DNA from: Spirochaetota bacterium
GTDB taxonomy: Bacteria; Spirochaetota; JAGLSM01; JAKPMW01
Assembly (NCBI GenBank): GCA_031283155.1
Contig: JAITCI010000032.1
Coordinates: 7,175-71,174 of the forward strand
Reading direction: 5' to 3'
Length of the DNA stretch: 64,000 nt
Positions 34,785 through 45,119 of the stretch are shown piece after piece. The position numbers and the translations under genes are program-made. Under the pieces are notes generated by a model. That model made no database searches, was not told where the DNA came from, and saw nothing but the letters and a program-made list of their open reading frames with translations. Position 1 is the first letter of the stretch. Each line of letters begins with the position of its first letter.

Positions 34785-36497
34785 ATGGCTGAAAGCGGAA
34801 AACAAAAAAATCGCACTGCGCGGCGGTCGGATTCCGAAATTATCGCAAATCTCAAAAAGCGTATTGAGGAATTGGAACAGATTACCGAAATGTTCGATCA
34901 AACCAGCGAACTTTCGCGTCTGGAGCGCTTGCATGCCGAGCGTTTGATTCAGGCGCACGAAGAATTACGGAATCTTACGGAAAAAGAGCGCCGCGAGGCG
35001 GACGCCATCATTGAAGCGCAGCAGCGCGTACAGGAACTCTCCGCCAAAGAGCGTCTGGATGCGGATCGTCTGGTTGCCGCGCATGAAGAGGTGGGGCGTC
35101 TTGCGCAGCAGGAACGCAAGGACGCCGAAAGCGTTATAAAAGCGCATGAGAGGGTGGGGGAGCTTTCCGTTCAGGAGCGTCTGGACGCCGAGCGTCTTCT
35201 GGCCGCGCATGAAGAGGTGGAGCGTCTTGCACAGCAGGAACGCAAGGACGCCGAAAGCGTTATCAGCGCGCAGGAGAGGGTGCGTAATCTCTCTGAAGAT
35301 GAGCTGCGCCGGGCGGAAAATTTCCTGGCGGCGAAAGAGAGAATTGAGCAGCTTGCGGCGGTTGAGATCAAGCGGCGCGACACGGTTTTGTCGGCAATTC
35401 TGTCCATGAATTCCCGGATGCATTTCGCCCAGCTTGTTGAGGATCTCTTTACCCACATACTGAACGACATTATGATCCTCTTTGGCGCTCGTCGTGGATT
35501 TGTGGCGCGCTCTGCCGGCAATACCATGCGCATTGCCGTTAAAAATGGCTATCCCCAGAGCGAAGTGCCTGAAGCAGCCGCCACGCTCGCCAAAGTCCTT
35601 GCCGGCGAAGAAGTTCCCGGGATCTTTGCCCGCATTGTGAGCGAGGAACTGGCCAGCGGGCTTGTCTATATCGAGCGTTTACCCGGCAATGGAAAGCTCG
35701 AAACGCTCGACAGCGGTTTTTTGGAGGTTATCGCCTCGCAGCTTTCGCTTGGATTCGGCGGGATTCTTTTGCGTGAAAGATATATTCGCCAGAATTTCGA
35801 GCTGCGGAAATTGGCTGTTCTGAAAGGTAATTTTATAGGGCATCTCTCGACGGATTTACAGAAGCCCATGGAAAAAATCATCGGTCTTCTCGAAAAAAAG
35901 ACGGAAAAAGATACAAAAAAAGCGCAGGAAGACATGATTCTTCTGAAAAAGGGACTGGATAAAATCATCTCCATCTTCTCGCTGCAGCAGGAAGTTGACG
36001 AGATGTACACCCATACCATCATGATTGATGATCTCATTCAGAAGATTGTCGCCTCGTATCAGGACGAAATAAAAAAACGCAATGTAACGATAGAATACAA
36101 TTATCCGGAGAGGATATATTCATTCAGCGGCAATCTGGATACAATGAACACCATTGTTGACGAAATTATCTGCAACAGCATTGTTTATAACAGAATAGGC
36201 GGCAAAGTGCTTATAAGCATCATACAGGACGATCGCCAGTGCAAAGTCGTAGTCAGGGACACCGGCGTCGGCGTCAGCAAAGAAAGACTCCCCAAGGTTT
36301 TTGAACGTTTCTACCGCGCGCCCAGTTCAAGCGAGCTGCATGACCGTGGTGCAGGGCTTGGTCTCTATATCGTAAAGGAATTTATTGAGGCGTATGGCGG
36401 TTCGATTACGTTCACGAGCGAAGAGGGCAAAGGATCCGAGATTGCTCTCATTTTTCCCTTGTGGCATATAGGCGGGAGCAGTACAACTTTTTCCTAA
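34785..36497 (+). CDS. cytoplasmic sensor histidine kinase (coiled-coil repeats, GAF-like region, HisKA, HATPase_c)
   Basis: H-box region and N/G1/G2 boxes (DEIICNSIVYN, RDTGVGV, GAGLGLYIVKE). No adjacent response regulator. Confidence 0.7.
   Translation: MAESGKQKNRTARRSDSEIIANLKKRIEELEQITEMFDQTSELSRLERLHAERLIQAHEELRNLTEKERREADAIIEAQQRVQELSAKERLDADRLVAAHEEVGRLAQQERKDAESVIKAHERVGELSVQERLDAERLLAAHEEVERLAQQERKDAESVISAQERVRNLSEDELRRAENFLAAKERIEQLAAVEIKRRDTVLSAILSMNSRMHFAQLVEDLFTHILNDIMILFGARRGFVARSAGNTMRIAVKNGYPQSEVPEAAATLAKVLAGEEVPGIFARIVSEELASGLVYIERLPGNGKLETLDSGFLEVIASQLSLGFGGILLRERYIRQNFELRKLAVLKGNFIGHLSTDLQKPMEKIIGLLEKKTEKDTKKAQEDMILLKKGLDKIISIFSLQQEVDEMYTHTIMIDDLIQKIVASYQDEIKKRNVTIEYNYPERIYSFSGNLDTMNTIVDEIICNSIVYNRIGGKVLISIIQDDRQCKVVVRDTGVGVSKERLPKVFERFYRAPSSSELHDRGAGLGLYIVKEFIEAYGGSITFTSEEGKGSEIALIFPLWHIGGSSTTFS
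35049..35300 (+). repeat. 126-bp (42-aa) in-frame tandem repeat, 2 full copies, within the histidine kinase N-terminal region
   Basis: ERLDADRLVAAHEEVGRLAQQERKDAESVIKAHERVGELSVQ is repeated with a few substitutions. The DNA units start at 35049 and 35175. Confidence 0.7.
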
Positions 36498-36521
36498 ACC
36501 ATTTCATGCAAAAGCCGACTA
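36495..36521 (+). promoter_or_regulatory. sigma28 (FliA)-like promoter
   Basis: TAAA (36495..36498), a 15-nt spacer, then GCCGACTA (36514..36521). Consensus is TAAA-N15-GCCGATAA. It lies 150 nt upstream of ATG 36671. Confidence 0.35.
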
Positions 36522-36670
36522 TTGAAACGGAGAACGGAGTCTCCGGCAAACGCTTTTGCACCTGAAACGGAATTCACCACAAAAGAACGCGCTGTAGCGG
36601 CAGCGCCTTACGGATCGGGGTTTTAACTCGATCATACGCGAGGTGTGCTCGTCTGCAATGGGGGGATTCC

Positions 36671-37597
36671 ATGTCCGCTCTTTCAAAATATATTCCGGTT
36701 TTTACCATTCTGATAATCAGTCTGCCTGTTTTTATTTTTGGTTTGGCAGAAATGACGGTGATTGATTTTGGAAATTATGAAAAACTCATAACAAATGAGC
36801 TTAATGCCATGAACGAAGGTGTGGCGCGAACCAGAGTTGATGGAACTCCGGGCTTTATCCTTCCGCCGGAAACCATGTATGTGAGTAACTGGATAGTTGA
36901 ATTACGTTCAGCCATGGTGCGCGTTCCGAATATCCTCAAGTCGCAATGTATAGCTGTTGAGAGTAAAGAGTACAATCAAACCGTATTGGGCATACGCATA
37001 AACTTTCCAGAATCACGGCAGAATGATCGCGCCTATATTCGTCCGCAATTCCCGTTGTTTGCGTATAACAGGCAGGGAAATTTCGCGAACGTCTCCAATG
37101 GCATTATTGTAAATGTCGGCGTGGTCAAAGATGTATCTATCTGGGTGAAGGGGCGGAATTATCCTTACGATATAGCCGCGCGGCTTACAGACAATAATAA
37201 TGTTACGCGCGAATTCTTTTTTGGAAATATGTTTTTTGACAACTGGCGCAAGCTCACCTGGGTTAACCCAAATTATATTGATTCCCTGAAAGACCGCGTT
37301 GTGGAACGCAAACCCATGTACCCCAAAGATATTCCGTATTACCGTTTTAATTCTTTTGTTGTATACCGTGATATGGCGCAAATAGGCGGCGATTTTGTTT
37401 TTTATATCAAAAATTTAACCATGACACATGATCTCTATACCACCACGATGATTGATCAGGATATCGACGATGAAGCGGTTTGGAAGATTCTCCGGCAGCG
37501 CACTCTTGAGGATATGGATCGCGAACACAGGGCACTCGGCGAACGATCCCATGATTTCGGAGTGCAAAAGGGGCTTATGGAGGAAAAACCGGATTGA
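36671..37597 (+). CDS. exported protein, candidate flagellar filament outer-layer (FlaA-like) protein
   Basis: N-terminal signal/TM, then AEMTVIDFGNYEKL shortly after the predicted cleavage site, resembling the N-termini I recall for spirochaete FlaA. Size is 308 aa. The assignment is unverified. Confidence 0.45.
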   Translation: MSALSKYIPVFTILIISLPVFIFGLAEMTVIDFGNYEKLITNELNAMNEGVARTRVDGTPGFILPPETMYVSNWIVELRSAMVRVPNILKSQCIAVESKEYNQTVLGIRINFPESRQNDRAYIRPQFPLFAYNRQGNFANVSNGIIVNVGVVKDVSIWVKGRNYPYDIAARLTDNNNVTREFFFGNMFFDNWRKLTWVNPNYIDSLKDRVVERKPMYPKDIPYYRFNSFVVYRDMAQIGGDFVFYIKNLTMTHDLYTTTMIDQDIDDEAVWKILRQRTLEDMDREHRALGERSHDFGVQKGLMEEKPD

Positions 37598-38358
37598 AAA
37601 CCCTTGCGGAACTTGCGGAATCGCTGGACGCCCTCCTGGATGTGCGGGCAATACCCGATGACTCCAAAAATGGCCTGCAGGTGGAGGGCAGGCGCGAGGT
37701 GCGCAGGATCGCCTTTGCCCTGGACGCCTGCCTCGAGACCATCCGCGAAGCGGCGGCGCGGCAGGCGGATCTGCTCGTCGTTCATCACGGGCTTTTATGG
37801 AAAGAGATGCTTCGCGCCTGCGGAACGCATGGGGCGAGGCTTGCGGCCTGCTTCACATCCGGACTCTCGCTCTACGCCGTTCATTTGCCGCTCGATGCGC
37901 ATACCTCTCTGGGGAATAACGTCAGTCTGATTGAAGACGCCGGATTTGTTCCGTTTCCCAAACGCATTATTGATTATCATGGGTATTGCATCGGATATCT
38001 CGGCGAATGTGCGGACGGGCTTTCCATCGAAGCAATCTGCGCAAACCTGGAACGTACGCTCTTCTGCCGCCCGTCAAGGATACTCGGCGCGCATGAGGGA
38101 AAGCTCTACAAAAAGGCGGCGGCGGTCAGCGGCGGCGCGCTTTTCTATGCCGAAGAGGCTGCCCGCGCGGGGGCGGAACTCTATATCACAGGCGAAGGCA
38201 GCCACTCCGCCTACCACCAGGCAATTGAGTGCGGCATTACTACGCTTATTTACGGGCATTACACAAGCGAGATGATCGGGATCCGCCGCCTGGAGAAGTA
38301 TTGCCGCGGGAACTTTGGGCTGGAAACCACGATCATCGACTGCCCCACGGGATACTAG
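37594..38358 (+). CDS. Nif3-family dinuclear metal-centre protein (YqfO/YbgI-like)
   Basis: GLQVEG...IAFALD...DLLVVHHG at the N-terminus, a C-terminal YITGEGSHS...GHYTSE motif, and the typical Nif3 bipartite fold of 254 aa. Confidence 0.7.
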   Translation: MKTLAELAESLDALLDVRAIPDDSKNGLQVEGRREVRRIAFALDACLETIREAAARQADLLVVHHGLLWKEMLRACGTHGARLAACFTSGLSLYAVHLPLDAHTSLGNNVSLIEDAGFVPFPKRIIDYHGYCIGYLGECADGLSIEAICANLERTLFCRPSRILGAHEGKLYKKAAAVSGGALFYAEEAARAGAELYITGEGSHSAYHQAIECGITTLIYGHYTSEMIGIRRLEKYCRGNFGLETTIIDCPTGY

Positions 38359-38460
38359 AACAGGATGTTCTGTCCCGATACTGTAGCGCCCGTAGGGCGT
38401 CTACGGCACGGAAGCCGTGTCCCTCGCTGCGGCAGGATGCCGCGCGCCAGCGAGGGCTAA
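38355..38460. repeat. family-B repeat copy (inverted orientation) with flanking hairpins in a convergent intergenic region
   Basis: ctagaacaggatgttctg (38355..38372) is the reverse complement of cagaacatcctgttctag. The downstream gcgagggctaa mirrors the ccctcgc flank of the 31560 copy. Confidence 0.6.
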
Positions 38461-38975
38461 TTCTGTTCAAGAAACGATTCCGCCAGTTCGCAGTACAGTG
38501 CCGTGCCTTCGCGCATTCTTTCGAGTATCCCCGGACCAAGTTCGCGGATCTGCGCTGCGGGGTTTCCCGCCCAAAGTGTGCGCGGCGGGACGATAGTGTT
38601 TTCCTTGATGAGCGCGCCTGCGGCTACAAGCGCCTCTTCGCCAATTTTGGCACCGCTTAAGACAATCGCCCCCATGCCTACAAGCGCGCCGCTGCCAATG
38701 ACGCAGGCATGGCAGATTGCGCCATGCCCAATGAGAACCCCGTCGCCGACGATACAGCCTCGCGTATGATCTACGTGCAGTACGCAATTATCCTGGATGT
38801 TGCTGCCCGATCCAATGATAATGGGCGCGATATCGCCCCGGAGGACAGCGTTATACCAGATACTCGAATTTTCTCCAATGCGCACATTCCCAATAAGGCG
38901 CGCGCCCGGCGCTATAAAAACCGACGGCGCAATATCCGGCGCTTGCCCCTGAAAGCAAAAACAGTTTTCTTTCAA
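38457..38975 (-). CDS. gamma-carbonic-anhydrase-like / hexapeptide-repeat (PaaY/YrdA) protein
   Basis: Left-handed beta-helix hexapeptide repeats with His ligands (NIQDNCVLHVDH...IGHGAICHAC). TTG start with RBS aagggagg. Confidence 0.7.
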   Translation of the reverse strand: MKENCFCFQGQAPDIAPSVFIAPGARLIGNVRIGENSSIWYNAVLRGDIAPIIIGSGSNIQDNCVLHVDHTRGCIVGDGVLIGHGAICHACVIGSGALVGMGAIVLSGAKIGEEALVAAGALIKENTIVPPRTLWAGNPAAQIRELGPGILERMREGTALYCELAESFLEQN

Positions 38976-39079
38976 GTTATCCTCCCTTGGGTCGGCCTTT
39001 TTTTGGCCGGCTTGAGTTGCCTGATAATTGTACCGATAAAAAAGGCAGAGTCTACTGAAAGACGCGGGGTAAAATTGCC

Positions 39080-39859
39080 ATGAAAAAAAACTTCATTCTC
39101 TTGTTGATTGCGCTTGCCGCGCTTCCTGTTTTTGCCGAGACGCAGGATATTCCAATGCTCTTCTATGGCGAGGCCTCCTGGTATGGGGAGCAGTTCCATG
39201 GCAAACAGACGGCGAGCGGTGAAATATACGATATGAATTTGCTCAGCGCGGCGCATAAATCGCTCCCCTTTGGGACGCGCATTCGGGTAACAAATCTTGA
39301 AAACAATAAAGAAGTGATTGTGCGCGTCAATGACAGAGGACCGTCTGTTACGGATCGTGTTTTGGATCTCTCGCTTGCGGCGGCAAAATTGCTTGATTTT
39401 GCCGAAAAGGGAACCGCGAAGATAGAGGCTCGCGTTATCGAAATTGACGGAGATGGCACAGCGCAGGTTTCGGATAATTTTACTGTGGATAACCAGCGAA
39501 GCGCTGTTCAGGATACCGCCGAAACCGCCGAAAGCGTATCGCGCTCTGGAAGTCCGGTTCGCGTTATTCGCCCGGAAGAGGTGTATACGCCCGAAAAGGA
39601 ACCGGACAAACCTAATTTCCCCTTGTCTGCCGATGGGCGTTATGTTATACAGGCGGGCGCTTTTTTAAGTCTCGATAATGCCGAGGGTCTTTTGCGGCGA
39701 TACCAGGCTATGGGACTGCCCGTATATCTTCGCCAGCTTTCGCGCGATCATTTGCATCGTGTCTGGATTGGTCCCTTTGCCGCGCGAGCGGATGCGGAAG
39801 CGCAGTTGAAAGGTGTTCGGAGGATTTCCGAACAAGCCTATATCTGTAATAAAGAGTAA
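39080..39859 (+). CDS. rlpA: septal ring lytic transglycosylase RlpA family protein with C-terminal SPOR domain
   Basis: Signal peptide. DPBB block GEASWYGEQFHGKQTASGEIYD...RVNDRGP. C-terminal SPOR-like YVIQAGAFLSLDNAEGL...LPVYL. Confidence 0.75.
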   Translation: MKKNFILLLIALAALPVFAETQDIPMLFYGEASWYGEQFHGKQTASGEIYDMNLLSAAHKSLPFGTRIRVTNLENNKEVIVRVNDRGPSVTDRVLDLSLAAAKLLDFAEKGTAKIEARVIEIDGDGTAQVSDNFTVDNQRSAVQDTAETAESVSRSGSPVRVIRPEEVYTPEKEPDKPNFPLSADGRYVIQAGAFLSLDNAEGLLRRYQAMGLPVYLRQLSRDHLHRVWIGPFAARADAEAQLKGVRRISEQAYICNKE

Positions 39860-39868
39860 ACACAGGGA

Positions 39869-40798
39869 ATGAAAACGTTTTTCCGCGAAAGTTTTGAACC
39901 TTTTCTTGGTGAATTGACAGGCGGAAGCCGCTGGCTTCATGCCGCTTTCTTTGGGCTGGCGATCCTTTTTTTGTGTTATAACTATTTTGTCAAAGAACCT
40001 TTTTTGCGCAGCAATGGTCATGGGATTCCGGCTCTGCTCTCCGGAGAAAAAAAAATTCAGGATTTGCGGCAGGAAATCAGGAATCTCGAAGAAGCCAGCG
40101 AAACGAATGTGTTTCTGCCCGGTCCGGAGCGCCAGGCAAGCCGTGACAGCCTGGCGGCGGCGCGTATCCGGCTTGAGGAGGCGGCGGAAGGCGCACCAGA
40201 TCGCACAGCCGCGCTGCATTATCTGCGGTATATTGGCTGGTTCGCGGGTACCTTTGTTTTTCTGTTTGTGCTGCCGGTGTTTTTCATTGCGCTGCATCCG
40301 CGCTTGCGCCTGCGGGATTTTGGACTTGGGTTGGGTGACTGGAATTTTGCAGGCAAGATAGCGGTCATATTTTTTGCGGTTATGGCAATTTTCGTTGTTT
40401 GTATCGTGCTTTTTGAGGTCAGGAGTTTTCTGTCTTATTATCCGCTCTATGCCGAGAAATCGGTTACTGGATCGCAGCCCGATTTTCTTTTCTGGTTTGT
40501 GGTTCTGGAATTTTGTTTTTTGCTGTATTTTATTGGTTGGGAGTTTTTTTTTCGTTCTCTTATCCTTTTTCCGTTGGAAAAGTATCTTGGAGGCGCGGCC
40601 GCAATCATCGGGCTTTTGCCATTTGCGCTTACGCATATTGGTAAGCCGATTGCGGAGGTTTTTGGATCCGTGCTTGCCGCCTGGTTTCTGTCCATTTTGG
40701 TTCTTCGCGCGCGATCATTCTGGATATGTCCCCTTATCCATTTTGCGGTTTCATTTACAATGAATCTTGCTGCGGCATTCTCGAGGCAACTGTTTTGA
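39869..40798 (+). CDS. CPBP-family intramembrane glutamic metalloprotease (CAAX protease/Abi-like)
   Basis: Polytopic membrane protein with EFFFRSL (EExxxR) and FALTH (FxxxH) motifs. Confidence 0.65.
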   Translation: MKTFFRESFEPFLGELTGGSRWLHAAFFGLAILFLCYNYFVKEPFLRSNGHGIPALLSGEKKIQDLRQEIRNLEEASETNVFLPGPERQASRDSLAAARIRLEEAAEGAPDRTAALHYLRYIGWFAGTFVFLFVLPVFFIALHPRLRLRDFGLGLGDWNFAGKIAVIFFAVMAIFVVCIVLFEVRSFLSYYPLYAEKSVTGSQPDFLFWFVVLEFCFLLYFIGWEFFFRSLILFPLEKYLGGAAAIIGLLPFALTHIGKPIAEVFGSVLAAWFLSILVLRARSFWICPLIHFAVSFTMNLAAAFSRQLF

Positions 40799-40813
40799 CG
40801 GGGGAGGGGTACA

Positions 40814-42601
40814 ATGGCAGACGATAAAGGCGCGCGTCAGAAGAATAAGGGTGTGTTTGATGATAGTTTTGATCTGCTCGCGCTTGGCCTCTCAAAAGAA
40901 GAGAAAGAGCGTCTCGCGAAAAAATTTAACGCCACCCCCATGCATATCGCAGGTTCGGATACAAAGAACGAACCGGGCAAAGAGGTTTCCAATTTTGAAT
41001 CATCTCCGAAAAAAGTCGGATTTTTTGGATACATCATTCGTGTAATATATATGGTATTTACGGGAACATCTCTTGCGGATTATGAGAAAACGCAAAAACT
41101 CAAAAAAATAAAAAATGAATTAAAGCAGATTAGGCCTCCCATTATGAATTTCTCTACCGGGCAGATCTGCGTGGCTTTTGCCGAGCAAGTGCATGATCTC
41201 TATCGCCACGTATGGCCGCTCAGACCCATATTTGATGAAATATTTGACGACAAGTATGAGGAACATTCTTTCAATTTTTTTGTTTTCCTTCTTGTGCGCC
41301 GGATTTCATCGCTTGACGACAGCTATATCGCGCGTTTCAGCGAAGCGGGTTTAAGGGAGTATGTCGAGCAGGATTCCGATGAAGTAGCGCGCTCGCGCAT
41401 TGAAGAATTAAGCGAAGCTTTTTTGCGCGCCATAAACGAAGAAGCGCGGAGAGAGGCAAACAATTTTTATGCCGATATGGTCAGTTTCCATGAGATTTTG
41501 CATTTCAATTTTACGAATTTTCTGCGATTTTTCAGTACAAAATACTCTGTAGAATTAAAGGAGAACGCCTTTCACGATTTCCGGCCTGAAGGCACGATAA
41601 ACGAGTTCCGGGTTTTGGAAAGCCTTATTTTGTCGGTGAACATGGAGTATCTGCATGATGTGATTGCCCTTGCGAGTGATTATTTTCTGCTCTATCTGCA
41701 GGAAACGAAGGATGAGAACACAGCATCACAAACCAAGGAGTATCTGGCATGGGTGACACAGAATAACAGCCATGGACTGCGGCATGCACTCGCGGTTATT
41801 GTGGCCAATCGGCAGCTTACCCTGCTCATTCGCTATATTATGCACAGCAATGATTATGAACCGAAAATATTTCCGCATACGGCAAATATATTTGATGACT
41901 TCACAAAAGTTTTCAAACCGATTCTCAAACAGCGTACGGATAAAGTACTCTCAAGGCGGATACAAACAGAACTCAGTTCAAAAATCACGGAATTGTTTGG
42001 AAATTTTGAGCCGCTTCCGGATTATTTTTATACCCTTGAAGAAAATGTATTGCTTGAAAAAATGAATCTCTCCTCTTTTATCTATACAGCCGCTTTTTAT
42101 GTGAGTGTGCGTTTTTACACGGAAAAATACTCTGTATATATCAAGCGTTTGGTCAATAAGCTCATTGTGGATGGGAGCTATAAAGACAGTCTTGTCCGGA
42201 GAACCCTTTCCGATGAGTTTTATCATTCGGACGAGATAACAGAAAAACTTATGAAGTTTACGGAGTTTGTGCATCGCAGAAAGGAAAAAGGTTCGCTTTT
42301 TTTGTCCAGCCTCGAAAAATTCAGGGGAGATTTTGCGTCCAGAAAAGCATTGAATACGCGCATTGCCGCTATCAACGAAGGTTTGCACACTGTTTTGCTG
42401 GATATACGGCAGAGCGCGGATAATCTCCAGAACGCTATGGGGCGCATTGCGCGCGATATCGATTCCCGCAAACCCAAGGTAGTTGACAATTTGCAGAAAA
42501 TCAACGCAGGGAATAATCGTTTTTTGGGAGAACTCAAAAAGTGCGCGCATGACTACGCGCTTTTTTGGGAAATTATCGCCAAGGTTTTTAAGGTCGTATG
42601 A
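40814..42601 (+). CDS. hypothetical cytoplasmic protein (595 aa), no recognisable motifs; locally AT-richer
   Basis: Long ORF with RBS gggagggg preceding ATG 40814. Its composition is visibly lower in GC than its neighbours. Confidence 0.5.
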   Translation: MADDKGARQKNKGVFDDSFDLLALGLSKEEKERLAKKFNATPMHIAGSDTKNEPGKEVSNFESSPKKVGFFGYIIRVIYMVFTGTSLADYEKTQKLKKIKNELKQIRPPIMNFSTGQICVAFAEQVHDLYRHVWPLRPIFDEIFDDKYEEHSFNFFVFLLVRRISSLDDSYIARFSEAGLREYVEQDSDEVARSRIEELSEAFLRAINEEARREANNFYADMVSFHEILHFNFTNFLRFFSTKYSVELKENAFHDFRPEGTINEFRVLESLILSVNMEYLHDVIALASDYFLLYLQETKDENTASQTKEYLAWVTQNNSHGLRHALAVIVANRQLTLLIRYIMHSNDYEPKIFPHTANIFDDFTKVFKPILKQRTDKVLSRRIQTELSSKITELFGNFEPLPDYFYTLEENVLLEKMNLSSFIYTAAFYVSVRFYTEKYSVYIKRLVNKLIVDGSYKDSLVRRTLSDEFYHSDEITEKLMKFTEFVHRRKEKGSLFLSSLEKFRGDFASRKALNTRIAAINEGLHTVLLDIRQSADNLQNAMGRIARDIDSRKPKVVDNLQKINAGNNRFLGELKKCAHDYALFWEIIAKVFKVV

Positions 42602-42671
42602 GCTGGCCTGAGCCAGGATGTATATTGAGTGACAAAACAAACTATGCCTGGATGGGCGGCGGAGGCAAGCG

Positions 42672-45119
42672 ATGTTTGATGGCTTAACACCAAAGGCGCA
42701 AAAAATCATCAACCTCCTGGCTCAGGAAGAGGCAAAGAGGCTTAATCATGACACCTTATTGCCGGAGCATATCCTTCTTGGCTTATTAAAGCAGGGGGAT
42801 GGTCTGGCCATCGATGTACTCAAAAACATTGGAATCAATATCGATGAGGTTCGCCGCGAACTGGAAAGGGCATTGCGCGAGGTTGGCGAGGTGTTAATTT
42901 TCGGCGAAGTTGCGCCCTCACCCCGCATCGAAAAGATTCTGCGGTACAGCGCGGAAGAAGCAAAAAATCTGGGGTTCACGTATATCGGATCGGAACATCT
43001 TCTTCTCGGGATTTTACGCGAAGAGAATTCCAGAGCCACCCTGATTCTCGAGTCGCGCGGGGCAAAGCTCGACAAGATACGCAGCGGTATTATGAAACTG
43101 AGCGGAACCGGATCGCTCCAGCGCAGTACGTCTCCCGAAGCGATCAAAACCGCTACGCTCGATGAATTTGGGCGCGATCTGACCGAGATCGCGCGGCAAG
43201 GGCACCTTGATCCTGTCATCGGACGACAGACTGAAATCGCCCGTGTCGTACAGATACTCTCGCGGCGCAAAAAAAACAACCCGGTGCTGATTGGCGAACC
43301 GGGAGTCGGCAAGACGGCCATAGTCGAAGGGCTTGCGCGCAACATTGTCAGCGGAGATGTTCCCGAGGTTCTGCTCAATCGCCGGCTTGTGACGCTTGAT
43401 CTTCCTTCGCTCGTTGCGGGAACAAAATACCGCGGCGAATTTGAGGAACGCCTGCGCAATGTCGTCAACGAGATCCGCAAGGCGAATAATATCATTCTTT
43501 TTATAGACGAACTGCATACCCTTATCGGTGCCGGCGGGGCGGAGGGCGCGATTGACGCCGCGAATATGCTGAAACCGGCGCTTGCCCGCGGTGAACTGCA
43601 GTGTATCGGCGCAACCACGCTCAATGAGTTTCGCAAACACATCGAACGCGATTCCGCGCTTGAACGCCGTTTTCAGCCCATTCTCGTTGAAGAGCCCCCC
43701 GTGAATGAAACGATTCAGATCCTGCGCGGTCTTCGCGGAAATTATGAGGAACATCACAAGGTACGGTATTCCGAAGAGGCGATTGAGGGAGCGGCAAATC
43801 TCGCGCATAGGTATATAAAGGATCGCTTTCTGCCCGATAAGGCGGTTGATCTGCTGGACGAGGCCGGCGCCAAGGCGCGGCTTACGAGTACGACCCGCCC
43901 CGCGAGTCTGATCGAACTCGAAAAAGAGATTGAGTTCCTGATGGGAGAAAAGGATGAACTGGTTCGCACACAGGATTATGAGAAGGCAGCCAATGTCCGC
44001 GATACCATAAAGACGCGCAAGGAAGAACTGAAACGGCAAACCGAAGCCTGGCGCGAATCCATGAATAACGAAACACCCATCATCGGGTACGACGATATTT
44101 CGCGCATCGTTTCATCCATTACGCGAATCCCTCTGGTGCGGCTCACGGAGGATGAATCCAAAAAGCTGTTGAATATGGAAGAAGATTTACACAAGCGCGT
44201 GATAGGGCAGAACGACGCCATCGCGGCGGTTTCCCGCGCTGTGCGCCGCTCGCGTACCGGACTCAAATCGCCCAAACGTCCGACCGGAACATTTATCTTT
44301 CTTGGACCGACGGGCGTTGGCAAGACTGAACTCGCGCGCGCTCTTGCGGAACTCCTCTTCGGAAATGAGGAGGCTCTTATCTGTTTTGATATGAGCGAAT
44401 TTATGGAAAGACATTCGGTCAGCCGCTTAATAGGCGCTCCTCCGGGTTATGTGGGGTATGAAGAAGGCGGGGATCTGACCGAGCGGGTGCGCCGCCGTCC
44501 CTATAGTGTGCTTCTGCTCGACGAGATCGAAAAGGCGCATCCCGACGTTTTCAATATTTTGCTCCAGGTTATGGAAGACGGGCAGCTTACGGATAATCTT
44601 GGACATACCGTGGATTTTCGCAATCTTGTTATCATACTCACATCCAATGTGGGTGCCCGTGAAATCACCAAGGAAGCCGGTTTGGGTTTTGCTTCTTTTA
44701 CCGATGATGAGGGTGAATTTTCCGATATGAAGGAAAAAGCGCTGTCGGAACTGCGCCGCGCCTTCAATCCGGAATTTCTGAACCGCGTTGACGAGGTTGT
44801 TGTTTTTCATGCGCTCACCTGGCCGCAGATAAGCGAGATTCTCGGCGTTATGCTTCAGGAGTTAAGCGAAAGGCTGAAAGAAAAAGGCATGACCATTGAG
44901 GTGGCGCAAAAGGCAAAGGATGAACTCATCAAACGAGGGTATAGCCGGAAATACGGCGCCCGCCCATTGCGCCGGACAATCCAGAAGGAAATCGAGGATC
45001 CGCTTGCGCAAACATTTCTTGCCAGGGGAGCGGTTAATAACGGGCGTGTGCTTGTGGACTATAATGACGAAAAAGGTTTTACAATTATGATTGAGACTGT
45101 TGCCGGGGCGCGCGAATGA
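42672..45119 (+). CDS. clpC: ATP-dependent Clp protease ATP-binding subunit ClpC (class-I Clp/Hsp100 AAA+)
   Basis: Two Clp_N repeats, two Walker A sites ([16 protein letters not shown]), a UVR-like linker and a ClpB_D2-small C-terminus. RBS ggagg. Confidence 0.85.
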   Translation: MFDGLTPKAQKIINLLAQEEAKRLNHDTLLPEHILLGLLKQGDGLAIDVLKNIGINIDEVRRELERALREVGEVLIFGEVAPSPRIEKILRYSAEEAKNLGFTYIGSEHLLLGILREENSRATLILESRGAKLDKIRSGIMKLSGTGSLQRSTSPEAIKTATLDEFGRDLTEIARQGHLDPVIGRQTEIARVVQILSRRKKNNPVLIGEPGVGKTAIVEGLARNIVSGDVPEVLLNRRLVTLDLPSLVAGTKYRGEFEERLRNVVNEIRKANNIILFIDELHTLIGAGGAEGAIDAANMLKPALARGELQCIGATTLNEFRKHIERDSALERRFQPILVEEPPVNETIQILRGLRGNYEEHHKVRYSEEAIEGAANLAHRYIKDRFLPDKAVDLLDEAGAKARLTSTTRPASLIELEKEIEFLMGEKDELVRTQDYEKAANVRDTIKTRKEELKRQTEAWRESMNNETPIIGYDDISRIVSSITRIPLVRLTEDESKKLLNMEEDLHKRVIGQNDAIAAVSRAVRRSRTGLKSPKRPTGTFIFLGPTGVGKTELARALAELLFGNEEALICFDMSEFMERHSVSRLIGAPPGYVGYEEGGDLTERVRRRPYSVLLLDEIEKAHPDVFNILLQVMEDGQLTDNLGHTVDFRNLVIILTSNVGAREITKEAGLGFASFTDDEGEFSDMKEKALSELRRAFNPEFLNRVDEVVVFHALTWPQISEILGVMLQELSERLKEKGMTIEVAQKAKDELIKRGYSRKYGARPLRRTIQKEIEDPLAQTFLARGAVNNGRVLVDYNDEKGFTIMIETVAGARE

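Noticed and set aside
42746-44039. Minus-strand ORFs inside clpC
   Set aside because: Shadow ORFs with S/R-rich low-complexity sequence.
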